A stretch of DNA of 64,000 nt. Source: Escherichia coli. Its GTDB lineage: Bacteria > Pseudomonadota > Gammaproteobacteria > Enterobacterales > Enterobacteriaceae. The DNA lies in assembly GCF_030013595.1 (NCBI RefSeq), contig NZ_CP122768.1, one strand, 5' to 3'. Below are positions 32,163 to 41,932 of this stretch, piece after piece; position 1 is the stretch's first letter, and every line of letters starts with the position of its first letter. The notes beneath the pieces were generated by a model. It had not been told where the DNA came from. It saw nothing but the letters and a program-made list of their open reading frames with translations, and did no database searches. A program made the position numbers and the translations under genes.

Positions 32163-32870
32163 TGCGCCTGTAAGGCTCTGTTACCAGCCGCGCCCTAACA
32201 GGCGCATACGATCTGACATTTGCATTCAACTTCGTTACTTACGGCCCGTAAACGGGCTGCCCGGATATGGAATCGATAACTGCTCCCCCATTTTATCCTC
32301 TTCAAGCTGGTGCTTTATGTAGTCCTGTATCTTCGCCGTGTTCTTACCCACCGTATCGACATAGTACCCTCGGCACCAGAACTCCCTGTTTCTGTATTTG
32401 AATTTCAAATCCCCAAACTGCTCGTAAAGCATCAGACTGCTTTTCCCTTTCAGATATCCCATAAAGCCGGATACGCTCATTTTGGGTGGGATTTCCACAA
32501 GCATATGGATATGATCTGCGCAGCACTCTGCTTCCAGAATCCGTACGCTTTTCCACTCACACAGCTTTCTCAAAATACTGCCTATCGCCCTACGCTTCTC
32601 TCCGTAAAACGCCAGTCTTCGGTATTTCGGCGCAAAAACTATGTGATATTTACAGTTCCAGCGGGTGTGCGCTAAGCTCTTTTCGTCCCCCATTGGGACC
32701 CCCTTTTGATTTCTTGTTTGACACTTGCAGTTGCCAGACCGCAAGGTGTTTTAACAAATCAAAAGGGGTTTTAATAACTGGCTCAAAGCTGAAAGCTTTC
32801 CGGAACCCCCAGCCTAGCTGGGGGTTTTCTGTGCACAATAAAACGGGAGGCGAAGGTGCCTCCCGTTTTG
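32163..32870 (-). mobile_element. IS200-type insertion sequence (IS200/IS605 family)
   Basis: ~708-bp segment between the envZ terminator and the pck 3' flank, carrying an IS200-like Y1 transposase ORF. A perfect hairpin aaaacgggaggc-gaag-gtgcctcccgtttt lies at the tnpA-proximal (left) end and a long imperfect stem atgcgcctgt…acaggcgcat at the other end. Boundaries estimated to about ±15 bp. Confidence 0.75.
32235..32693 (-). CDS. tnpA: IS200 transposase TnpA (Y1 HUH transposase)
   Basis: ORF track 32235..32744; start at MGDEKSLAHTRWNCKYHIVF gives 152 aa; HxH motif (HIHMLVEIPP) and downstream catalytic Tyr region. Confidence 0.85.
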   Translation of the reverse strand: MGDEKSLAHTRWNCKYHIVFAPKYRRLAFYGEKRRAIGSILRKLCEWKSVRILEAECCADHIHMLVEIPPKMSVSGFMGYLKGKSSLMLYEQFGDLKFKYRNREFWCRGYYVDTVGKNTAKIQDYIKHQLEEDKMGEQLSIPYPGSPFTGRK

Positions 32871-32913
32871 CTTTCTATAAGATACTGGATAGATATTCTC
32901 CAGCTTCAAATCA

Positions 32914-34536
32914 TTACAGCTTCGGACCTGCTTCTACCAGCGCGGCACCCGCTGGGGTGTCGGTGTATTTATCGAAGTTGTCGATAAACAGTTTTGCCAG
33001 CGTTTCAGCTTTTTCCTGCCACTGTTCCGGAGAAGCGTAGGTGTTACGCGGATCGAGAATCTTCGTGTCTACGCCCGGCAGTTCGGTTGGGATCGCCAGG
33101 TTAAACATCGGCAGAGTGAAGGTTTCTGCGTTATCCAGCGAACCGTTGAGGATGGCGTCGATAATGGCGCGGGTATCTTTAATGGAGATACGTTTGCCAG
33201 TGCCGTTCCAGCCGGTGTTAACCAGATACGCCTGCGCGCCCGCCGCCTGCATACGTTTCACCAGCACTTCTGCGTATTGGGTCGGGTGCAGCGACAGGAA
33301 TGCCGCGCCGAAGCAGGCGGAGAAGGTTGGCGTCGGTTCGGTGATGCCGCGCTCTGTACCAGCCAGTTTGGCGGTGAAGCCAGAGAGGAAGTGGTACTGT
33401 GTTTGATCGGCAGTCAGACGAGAAACCGGCGGCAATACGCCGAAAGCATCTGCGGTCAGGAAGATAACTTTAGTTGCGTGGCCCGCTTTGGACACCGGCT
33501 TAACGATGTTTTCGATGTGATAGATCGGATAAGAAACGCGGGTGTTCTCGGTTTTTGAACCATCATCAAAGTCGATAGTGCCATCTTCACGCACGGTGAC
33601 GTTTTCCAGCAGCGCATCACGACGGATAGCGTTGTAGATTTCAGGTTCCGCTTCTTTCGACAGCTTGATAGTTTTTGCGTAGCAGCCGCCTTCAAAGTTA
33701 AACACACCGTCATCGTCCCAGCCGTGTTCGTCATCGCCAATCAGGCGACGTTTCGGGTCGGTGGAAAGGGTGGTTTTACCGGTGCCGGAAAGGCCGAAGA
33801 ACACCGCAACATCGCCTTTCTCGCCAACGTTGGCGGAGCAGTGCATAGAAGCGATACCTTTCAGCGGCAGCAGGTAGTTCATCATTGAGAACATCCCTTT
33901 CTTCATTTCGCCGCCGTACCAGGTGCCGCCAATCAGCTGCATGCGCTCGGTCAGGTTAAACGCCACGAAGTTTTCGGAGTTCAGACCCTGTTCTTTCCAC
34001 TGCGGGTTAGTGCACTTCGCGCCGTTCATAACGATAAAGTCTGGTTTGAAACCTGCCAGCTCTTCATCGCTCGGGCGAATAAACATGTTTTTGACAAAAT
34101 GCGCCTGCCAGGCCACTTCGGTGATGAAACGGACGGAAAGACGAGTATCCGGGTTCGCACCACAGAAAGCGTCGACAACGAACAGACGTTTGCCGGAAAG
34201 CTGTTTGGTCACCAGGCCTTTCAGATGCTGCCAGGTTTCCGGAGAGAGAGGTTTGTTGTCGTTCTTACCTTTGCCTTTGTCTGCCCACCAGAAAGTATCG
34301 CGAGTGGTATCGTCACGGACGATATACTTATCTTTTGGTGAACGACCGGTGAAGATCCCGGTATCGACGGCAACGGCACCCAGATTAGTTAACACCCCGC
34401 GCTCATAACCTGTCAGGCTCGGATCGAGCTCTTCCTGATACAGCAGGTCGTAGCTTGGGTTGTAAACGATATCATGTACGTCACTGATACCATAAGCCTC
34501 GAGTTCTTGCGGGGTCAAACCATTGTTAACGCGCAT
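32914..34536 (-). CDS. pck: phosphoenolpyruvate carboxykinase (ATP)
   Basis: ORF track 32914..34605; start at [17 protein letters not shown] gives 540 aa; P-loop GLSGTGKTT. Confidence 0.95.
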   Translation of the reverse strand: MRVNNGLTPQELEAYGISDVHDIVYNPSYDLLYQEELDPSLTGYERGVLTNLGAVAVDTGIFTGRSPKDKYIVRDDTTRDTFWWADKGKGKNDNKPLSPETWQHLKGLVTKQLSGKRLFVVDAFCGANPDTRLSVRFITEVAWQAHFVKNMFIRPSDEELAGFKPDFIVMNGAKCTNPQWKEQGLNSENFVAFNLTERMQLIGGTWYGGEMKKGMFSMMNYLLPLKGIASMHCSANVGEKGDVAVFFGLSGTGKTTLSTDPKRRLIGDDEHGWDDDGVFNFEGGCYAKTIKLSKEAEPEIYNAIRRDALLENVTVREDGTIDFDDGSKTENTRVSYPIYHIENIVKPVSKAGHATKVIFLTADAFGVLPPVSRLTADQTQYHFLSGFTAKLAGTERGITEPTPTFSACFGAAFLSLHPTQYAEVLVKRMQAAGAQAYLVNTGWNGTGKRISIKDTRAIIDAILNGSLDNAETFTLPMFNLAIPTELPGVDTKILDPRNTYASPEQWQEKAETLAKLFIDNFDKYTDTPAGAALVEAGPKL

Positions 34537-34914
34537 TTCACTGCTCCTTAGCCAATATGTATTGCCTGAATAGTAAAGTCTTTTTGGGGGTGTTAACCGC
34601 GACAAGGCTCATAGATTTACGTATCTGGAGAAATTCATATTTGACAAAAAACTCCGTGATTCCTGTCACGAAACGGTTGCTATTATCGCAGAAATAGCAT
34701 TTTAGGTGTGGAAAATGTTCTTAAAAGGTTAAATCTTGGTTTATATGGCGGGAATATTGTGAGTGGAATCGCATTCCTGAATGAAATTGATGCAAATTCA
34801 ATCGGTAAAGTATCGATTCACCACGCTAACTTTTTTTGATTATTTTCTGAAAAAAGCAAAATACTACGGCCCGGATGCGATAATTAACCCACTTTTTGAT
34901 TCTGGATAACTAAC

Positions 34915-36639
34915 GTGGATAACGTTGAACTTTCACCCGCAACACGCTGGGGGATGATTGCTACCGGATTACTTCAGGGTCTGGTTTGCTACCTGCTGAT
35001 CGCCTGGCTTGCCGGAAAAAATCTCAGTTGGATTGTTTATGGCGTGCCTGCGACCGTCGCGTTTTCATCCGTTTTACTCTTCTCCGTGATCTCCTTTAAA
35101 CAGAAGCGCCTTTGGGGATGGCTGGCGCTGGTGTTTATTGCCACGCTGGGAATGAGCGGCTGGCTGAAGTGGCAAACTGATGGCATGAACCCCTGGAGAG
35201 CTGAAAAGGCGCTTTGGGATTTTGGTTGCTATCTGCTGCTGATGGCAATGTTGTTGCTACCGTGGATACAACAAAGCCTTCGCATCCGCAATGACAGTAA
35301 CCGCTATCGCTATTTTTACCAGTCAGTATGGCATAACGTACTTATATTACTGGTGATTTTTCTCGCCAATGGCCTGACGTGGCTGGTGCTTTTACTGTGG
35401 GGCGAGTTGTTTAAACTTGTTGGCATCACGTTTTTCAAAACGCTCTTTTTTGCAACTGACTGGTTTATTTATCTCACGTTAGGTCTGGTTACCGCGCTGG
35501 CGGTGATCCTCGCGCGAACACAGTCACGTTTAATCGACTCTATTCAAAAGTTGTTAACGTTAATCGCTACGGGGTTGCTGCCGTTAGTATCATTGCTAAC
35601 CCTGATGTTTATCATCACCCTGCCGTTTACGGGCCTGAGCGCGATTTCTCGCCACATCTCCGCCGCTGGGTTGCTGTTAACGCTGGCCTTTTTGCAATTG
35701 ATCTTAATGGCTATTGTCCGCGATCCGCAAAAATCGTCACTTCCCTGGACGGGGCCGTTGCGTTGCCTGATTAAAACCGCTCTGCTGGCTGCTCCGCTGT
35801 ATGTGTTCGTCGCCGCCTGGGCGTTATGGCTGCGGGTCGCTCAGTACGGCTGGACTGTCGACCGCTTGCAGGGCGCGCTGGCGGTGCTGGTGTTACTGGT
35901 ATGGTCGCTGGGGTATTTTGTCAGTATCGTCTGGCGTAAAGGGCAAAACCCCCTTGTTCTTCAGGGCAAAGTGAACCTTGCGGTTTCGTTATTGGTGTTG
36001 GTAATACTGGTGCTTCTTAATTCTCCGGTGCTGGACAGTATGCGCATTAGCGTGAACAGTCATATGGCGCGTTATCAGAGCGGCAAAAACACGCCAGACC
36101 AGGTAAGTCTCTATATGCTCGAACAGAGCGGTCGCTATGGACGTGCGGCGCTTGAGTCGCTGAAAAGCGATGCCGGGTTTATGAAAGACCCGAAACGCGC
36201 GCGGGATCTGTTGATGGCGTTAGATGGAGAGCAACATCTTCAGCAACAGATATCGGAAAAAGTATTAGCCGAAAATGTGTTAATTGCCCCTGGTTCTGGT
36301 AAACCGGATGCGACATTCTGGTCGGCCTTAATCCAGGATCGCTATAACGTGATGACCTGTATTGAAAAAGACGCCTGCGTCCTGGTCGAGCAAGATCTGA
36401 ATAGTGATGGCAGGGCAGAGCGGATCCTCTTTGCCTTTGATGATGAAAGATACATTGTCTATGGCTTTGATCCTGACAAGAAAGAATGGCAAGAGCTTAC
36501 GATGAGTTTACTTCCGCGTGATATAACGAAAGAAAAATTACTCACAGCTGCGAAGGATGGAAAACTGGGAACGAAGCCTAAAGCGTGGCGCGATCTTGTA
36601 GTGGATGGTGAAAGGCTGGATGTGAATCTGAATGAGTGA
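34915..36639 (+). CDS. yhgE: inner-membrane protein YhgE
   Basis: 574-aa ORF with a GTG start and many transmembrane segments, in the position of yhgE. Confidence 0.85.
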   Translation: MDNVELSPATRWGMIATGLLQGLVCYLLIAWLAGKNLSWIVYGVPATVAFSSVLLFSVISFKQKRLWGWLALVFIATLGMSGWLKWQTDGMNPWRAEKALWDFGCYLLLMAMLLLPWIQQSLRIRNDSNRYRYFYQSVWHNVLILLVIFLANGLTWLVLLLWGELFKLVGITFFKTLFFATDWFIYLTLGLVTALAVILARTQSRLIDSIQKLLTLIATGLLPLVSLLTLMFIITLPFTGLSAISRHISAAGLLLTLAFLQLILMAIVRDPQKSSLPWTGPLRCLIKTALLAAPLYVFVAAWALWLRVAQYGWTVDRLQGALAVLVLLVWSLGYFVSIVWRKGQNPLVLQGKVNLAVSLLVLVILVLLNSPVLDSMRISVNSHMARYQSGKNTPDQVSLYMLEQSGRYGRAALESLKSDAGFMKDPKRARDLLMALDGEQHLQQQISEKVLAENVLIAPGSGKPDATFWSALIQDRYNVMTCIEKDACVLVEQDLNSDGRAERILFAFDDERYIVYGFDPDKKEWQELTMSLLPRDITKEKLLTAAKDGKLGTKPKAWRDLVVDGERLDVNLNE

Positions 36640-36701
36640 CAAAGCGCATCAGGTGTATTAGTCGTAAAATCCGGCAGAGCCCTCTCTGCCGGACATACTC
36701 A

Positions 36702-37580
36702 TTAATGAACTTGCGGATCTGCCGGAGACGCGTTGTTGCGGATTTCAGCAATATCCATCGCATTGAACAGATAGTGGTTACCGCAGTAATCGCAATGCAT
36801 GTCAATTTCGCCATCTTCCGCCAGGATGCTATCGACTTCTTCATCCGGCAGCGTTTTTAGCGCGTCGGCGCAACGTTCACGCGAGCAGGTGCATTTGAAC
36901 TCCACATCCTGCGGATCGTAAACCGTCACCTCTTCTTCGTGATACAAACGCCACAACACTTCGTTTGCCGGTAAGGTCAACAGTTCTTCGGTTTTGATGG
37001 TTTCGGTTAGCGTCGCCAGGTGGTCAAAGTCGTCCTGCTGGGCATTTTGCGCAGGCATTACCTGCAACAACATACCGCCTGCAGCCGGTTTGCCGTCTAC
37101 GTCGCCGGTGCGAATAAAAAGGCGCGTCGGCAGCTGTTCAGAACGCATAAAGTAATCTTCCAGGCAGGCCGCCAGAGTATCACCTTCCAGACCCACCACG
37201 CCCTGATAGCGTTCACCTTCGCTCGGGGTGATGGTGATCACCACGTAACCATTGCCGACCAGCGTTTTCAGGTCGGCATTTTCTGGAATTTCTCCCTGCA
37301 CGCGCGCTACACCGCGCATCTGCTGGTTGTTGTTACCGTTAATAACCGCCAGATTCATCGGACCGTCGCCTTGCAGCTGTACGGTGATATCACCATCAAA
37401 CTTCAGCGTAGCGGTTAACAGGCTGGTCGCAACCAGCAGTTCTGCCAGCACGTTTTTAACGGGCTGCGGATAATCGTGATTCTCAAGGATCTGTTGCAGG
37501 GTTTCCGAAACGGTTACCAGTTCGCCGCGCACGGCAAAGTTTTCAAACAGATAGCGATGTAATTGGTCATGTTGCGGCAT
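36702..37580 (-). CDS. hslO: redox-regulated chaperone Hsp33
   Basis: ORF track 36702..37586; start at [12 protein letters not shown] gives 292 aa; C-terminal zinc-binding CxC…CxxC. Confidence 0.95.
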   Translation of the reverse strand: MPQHDQLHRYLFENFAVRGELVTVSETLQQILENHDYPQPVKNVLAELLVATSLLTATLKFDGDITVQLQGDGPMNLAVINGNNNQQMRGVARVQGEIPENADLKTLVGNGYVVITITPSEGERYQGVVGLEGDTLAACLEDYFMRSEQLPTRLFIRTGDVDGKPAAGGMLLQVMPAQNAQQDDFDHLATLTETIKTEELLTLPANEVLWRLYHEEEVTVYDPQDVEFKCTCSRERCADALKTLPDEEVDSILAEDGEIDMHCDYCGNHYLFNAMDIAEIRNNASPADPQVH

Positions 37581-37604
37581 AATCATCTCTCTTGCAGGTG
37601 ACAG

Positions 37605-38006
37605 TTATTCACTGTCGCCGTGTTTAAATCGTAACAGGTCGCGGCGCTCTTTTTTGTCCGGGCGTCGGTCCGGGTGCGGCATGGTTAAGGCATTAAGTTT
37701 ACGTGCCAGCGCCATTTTTTCGCGTTTCTCTACACTTTCCGCAGTCTCTTCATACAGCAAGGCTGCCTCGCTGGCGGGGCGACGCTGTTCAGTAATCGCC
37801 TTTACAATCACCGTGCGTTCGTCATTTCCCTGGCGCAGAGTGAGCGTGGCATTCAGCTCGACGATTTTGCTCGGCTTGCTGCGCTGCCCGTTGTAATGCA
37901 CCTTACCGCCTTCAATCATTTCACGGGCCAGCGCGCGGGTTTTATAAAAACGGGCAGCCCATAGCCATTTATCCAGTCGAACCTCAACAGCAGGTTTTTC
38001 TTTCAT
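37605..38006 (-). CDS. hslR: heat-shock protein Hsp15 (ribosome-associated)
   Basis: 133-aa ORF recognised as HslR. Confidence 0.93.
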   Translation of the reverse strand: MKEKPAVEVRLDKWLWAARFYKTRALAREMIEGGKVHYNGQRSKPSKIVELNATLTLRQGNDERTVIVKAITEQRRPASEAALLYEETAESVEKREKMALARKLNALTMPHPDRRPDKKERRDLLRFKHGDSE

Positions 38007-38016
38007 GGCGTCTCCT

Positions 38017-38685
38017 TCACATTAGCGAGGGGATCAGGCGGCGGTAGTCATTCAGTGACGGATGGCGTTGATACTGTTTCTCGGCAATCCCGGAGTCAGG
38101 ATTAGTCACGCCGAGGCAGTAACGAATACCAAATTGCGCGGCAGCATCGAGAATCGCTTCGCTGTCATCAATAAACAGCGTTCTTTCAGCTTTCAGACCC
38201 GTAGCTTCGGCCACCGCATGCCATAACCGCTGATCCTCTTTCGGATAACCAAATGTGTGGGTGGAAAGTAATAAATCAAGGTGTGCGTCCAGACCGGTAT
38301 GCTCAAGTTTTACCGCCAGGTTGTGCGGATGCGCATTGGTGAGCAAAATTCGCTGCTTACCGCTGGCTTTCAGTGCCTCAAGAAACGGAATGGTATCTTC
38401 ACGCAGTACGGCACGCGGTCCCATCTCGGTGGTCATCGCACAGATATCCAGACCCAGTTGCTCACTCCAGTAATCAAGACAGTACCAGTTTAGCGTATGC
38501 TGTACGTCGTGATATTGCTGGCGCATATATTCCATCGCTTCCTGTGGCGTAACCCCGTTTTTCGCGCCCCATGTTTCAGGCACCAGCTTTTGCCAGAAAT
38601 AATTATCGAAGGCGAGGTCGAGCAACGTGCCGTCCATATCCAGCAGAACGGTATCTACGTCCTGCCAGGCAATGTTGATATGCAT
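38017..38685 (-). CDS. yrfG: HAD-family nucleotidase YrfG
   Basis: ORF track 38017..38730; start at MHINIAWQDVDTVLLDMDGTLLD (HAD DxDGT motif) gives 222 aa. Confidence 0.9.
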   Translation of the reverse strand: MHINIAWQDVDTVLLDMDGTLLDLAFDNYFWQKLVPETWGAKNGVTPQEAMEYMRQQYHDVQHTLNWYCLDYWSEQLGLDICAMTTEMGPRAVLREDTIPFLEALKASGKQRILLTNAHPHNLAVKLEHTGLDAHLDLLLSTHTFGYPKEDQRLWHAVAEATGLKAERTLFIDDSEAILDAAAQFGIRYCLGVTNPDSGIAEKQYQRHPSLNDYRRLIPSLM

Positions 38686-38749
38686 GAGGGAAATCTCCAG
38701 AGTGAAGCAATTTGCGCGACAGGGTAGCATAACCTGCCGCGCAAACGTG

Positions 38750-40885
38750 TTATTCGATAAGGCTTTCTGAAGGGGTGATCAGTTGTGGGTTCAGGCAGCT
38801 TTCATAATAGGCCTGAATCTTCATCATGCGAGTACGATGACGCTGGTAACGACGCCAGGCCTGTACGCCATTATAAATGGCGCTACCCAGCATCGTCAGT
38901 AGGAGCAGAGTGGTGCTGAGATAGCGCCACAGGCCGGAACGATCCGGGATCGGATGAAGGCCAATATGCTGCGTACCATTGGCGTCAGTGAAGATTTTTG
39001 TGACGATACCTTCGGCGTTAAACGGCGTATGCATCAGCATTTGTGCCAGTTTCTGGAAAGCGTTCCACTGTTCTTGCGGCGGATAGTCGTAAAGTGATGC
39101 CGAAGGCCAGGGCTGATCAACAAAATCGCTGCCTTCGTCGCTGACAATCAGGAACCCGCCGGGGGCCGGACTGTTTAGTGATTGTGCCGCTCGCGCCGTT
39201 TCATGCGTGATAAACGGCGCGGTAGAGGTGGCCACCAGGTTATCCAGCGATTCCGCACTCACCGGGCGTAATAACACATTCACGCCATCGAGTTTCCCGG
39301 CGTTGGCGCGTTTTACCAGCGCGTCCCAGTCTTTACTGTTACCGAGATTGACCAGCGCATTTTTCAGTCGCACACAGTCATCTTTGGCAGAACACAGATC
39401 CGCTGTCTTCAGTACTATGTCGCCAAAATCATCAAGCAATACCATGCCGGATTTTTGAATTGCTGAACGTAATGAGGCGCTGACGCGAGATTCATCTTCC
39501 GGTTTAGGGTGCAGCTGGCGATTAACTGCTTCGGTCAATGCCGTCGCTTTGTTGACCAATTCAGATTCTGGTAATGGCAATGAGCGGGCGTCATTCCAGA
39601 TGATCTGCGAGCAGTCAAACGGTAAAAAAGGTGAGTTGGTTTTCGCGCTCCAGGTACCGGAAGTGCGAATATTACACATTCCCGTACCGCTAATACGCAA
39701 TGTATCGCCAACCCGCACGCCAGCGTCAGCCAGTTGTTTCACGCTGGTGGCTTCAATGGTCTGCGCGCCTTTCATCCACGAGAGGGTGAATTTCAGCGGC
39801 ATATCCAGCGGGATCCAGAATAACAGCATAAACAGCACCAGCAGCGAACCCGCAGCGATAATCGTACTGCGCAGCCAGTGCTGTAACGGAAAGTTTTTTA
39901 CTTCATCATGGAGCGAAAGATATCGCCCCTGACGCACTACGTGGCGGTCGAGATAGATATCGATATCGGTTTGTTGACCAAGATCCTGAGCAATGTATGG
40001 CTGCCAGTGTGCGGGATAGACCAGGTCGATAATACCGAGTGAAATATTGTTGATCTGTTCCTGATCGTTTTCGCCAAACAATCCCCAACGACGGGGTGTA
40101 CCGCGCAGACAATGAATTTCCCGCAGGGAGGATTTTGCCGGGGGCGCGAATAGCCCCCACAGACCTGCGCCCAGCAGCAGTAACGCGCCGCCTGCCAGCC
40201 ACGGAACAAATACATCCGGGGTAATCAGGCAGAAAAAGAACATCAGGAAAGAGGCGACGATCAGCAACGCTTCACGCAGCCCGCGCGGACGACTCAGCGC
40301 ATATTCTTCGTGCGTTTCTTTGCGAATATTGAGTAGCTCGATTTGCTCACTCTCTTCCCCGCGAATCGACGCCTGTGTTGACGGAACAGGTTGCAAGGCA
40401 TAGCCGCGCGTTTCCTGCATGTACTCCTGCAGCGTATGACCGTTGAGTGAAATAACCAGCGGCAGCGAATTGGTATGAATCAGTTCAACGGTATTCTCAT
40501 CGTTGATGTACTGCTCCCAGAAAGGGGGCAGGTGGACTTCTACCGAATCGAGGTAGTAACGCCATTTATTCGGATCGTCGGTAGAGATGCCGTAACGCGT
40601 GATAGCGTGTGTCAGCATCATGACGTTGTTGCTTTCGGCATTCAGCGCCAGAGAGATCGGTGCCGCGCTGGCTCCCGTTGGGCCAGGCACCTGTAATACC
40701 TGCGTCAGGCTCTCAAGATAATTTTCAACGGCGCTATGTTCTTCAGGTGTGAGTTTACGCGTTTGCGCATCCGCGAAGGCGTTGGTCCAGGGCAGCTGAC
40801 GCCGTCTGGATCGCACTTTTATCAGCCATCCCGCAAGTAGTGAGCAGGCCAGCAAAGCAGCTAAAAAAATCACAATGGTGCTCAT
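38750..40885 (-). CDS. igaA: IgaA-family inner-membrane regulator of the Rcs phosphorelay
   Basis: 711-aa ORF recognised as IgaA/YrfF. Confidence 0.93.
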   Translation of the reverse strand: MSTIVIFLAALLACSLLAGWLIKVRSRRRQLPWTNAFADAQTRKLTPEEHSAVENYLESLTQVLQVPGPTGASAAPISLALNAESNNVMMLTHAITRYGISTDDPNKWRYYLDSVEVHLPPFWEQYINDENTVELIHTNSLPLVISLNGHTLQEYMQETRGYALQPVPSTQASIRGEESEQIELLNIRKETHEEYALSRPRGLREALLIVASFLMFFFCLITPDVFVPWLAGGALLLLGAGLWGLFAPPAKSSLREIHCLRGTPRRWGLFGENDQEQINNISLGIIDLVYPAHWQPYIAQDLGQQTDIDIYLDRHVVRQGRYLSLHDEVKNFPLQHWLRSTIIAAGSLLVLFMLLFWIPLDMPLKFTLSWMKGAQTIEATSVKQLADAGVRVGDTLRISGTGMCNIRTSGTWSAKTNSPFLPFDCSQIIWNDARSLPLPESELVNKATALTEAVNRQLHPKPEDESRVSASLRSAIQKSGMVLLDDFGDIVLKTADLCSAKDDCVRLKNALVNLGNSKDWDALVKRANAGKLDGVNVLLRPVSAESLDNLVATSTAPFITHETARAAQSLNSPAPGGFLIVSDEGSDFVDQPWPSASLYDYPPQEQWNAFQKLAQMLMHTPFNAEGIVTKIFTDANGTQHIGLHPIPDRSGLWRYLSTTLLLLTMLGSAIYNGVQAWRRYQRHRTRMMKIQAYYESCLNPQLITPSESLIE

Positions 40886-41204
40886 GCTTTCCCCATCTTA
40901 CTTAGTCTGTCAGGCGTGGTCAGTCGCACCGGACACAATACATGATTCTGCGGTTGGCTATCGGCAAGCGTGGAGTTTAACTTGAGCATCATTAAGCACA
41001 TCACAGTAACCGCTGATCATAGCAAACCCTCTGAAGGCGGAATATCAGCAAATTCCTGGAGTTATTTCAACCTATTGACTTTTAATTTGATTTGAGGACG
41101 ATTATTTATTAAGTTACATAAATGTAAATAACATGCAATTCACATTGCCGAAAGCGTGTCCGATATCGCACAATAACCGCTGATTTCACAGCATAGATCC
41201 CACG

Positions 41205-41765
41205 ATGAGCAAATCATTACAAAAACCCACCATTCTGAATGTTGAAACTGTAGCCCGTTCCCGACTGTTTACCGTCGAAAGCGTGGATCTGGAGTTCAGC
41301 AATGGCGTGCGGCGTGTTTATGAACGAATGCGTCCAACCAACCGGGAAGCAGTGATGATTGTGCCGATTGTGGACGATCACCTGATCCTGATCCGCGAAT
41401 ACGCAGTGGGAACTGAATCCTACGAATTAGGTTTTTCGAAAGGATTAATTGATCCGGGTGAAAGCGTCTTCGAAGCCGCGAACCGCGAGCTAAAAGAAGA
41501 GGTGGGATTTGGTGCGAACGATCTGACTTTTTTGAAGAAGCTCAGCATGGCACCGTCTTACTTTTCCAGCAAAATGAATATCGTGGTAGCGCAAGATCTC
41601 TACCCGGAATCGCTGGAAGGCGATGAGCCAGAGCCGCTACCACAGGTGCGCTGGCCGCTGGCGCATATGATGGATTTGCTGGAAGACCCTGACTTCAACG
41701 AAGCGCGTAATGTCAGCGCGCTGTTCCTCGTGCGCGAATGGTTGAAAGGGCAGGGGCGAGTGTAA
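41205..41765 (+). CDS. nudE: ADP-sugar pyrophosphatase (Nudix)
   Basis: 186-aa ORF recognised as NudE; Nudix box region GLIDPGESVFEAANRELKEEVG. Confidence 0.93.
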   Translation: MSKSLQKPTILNVETVARSRLFTVESVDLEFSNGVRRVYERMRPTNREAVMIVPIVDDHLILIREYAVGTESYELGFSKGLIDPGESVFEAANRELKEEVGFGANDLTFLKKLSMAPSYFSSKMNIVVAQDLYPESLEGDEPEPLPQVRWPLAHMMDLLEDPDFNEARNVSALFLVREWLKGQGRV

Positions 41766-41932
41766 ATGCGTGAAGTTTGCCTGATGCATAATGCTTATCA
41801 GGCCTGTGTGGCTCCTGCAATATATTGATTTTTCAAGATGTTGCTAGACGGGTAAAATGTTCACGCCGTATCCGGTATAAACAAAGTGCACTTTGTCAGC
41901 AAACTTAAAAAGGCGCTGAAGCGCCTTTTTAA

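Noticed and set aside
32806..32824. Hairpin cccccagc-cta-gctggggg taken as a host terminator
   Set aside because: It lies inside the IS200-like element and is better explained as one of its internal or subterminal stem-loops.
40990..41200. Possible CRISPR array suggested by the repeated motif
   Set aside because: Only two copies, imperfect, with a ~165-bp spacer and no cas genes nearby; reported as a possible regulatory repeat instead.
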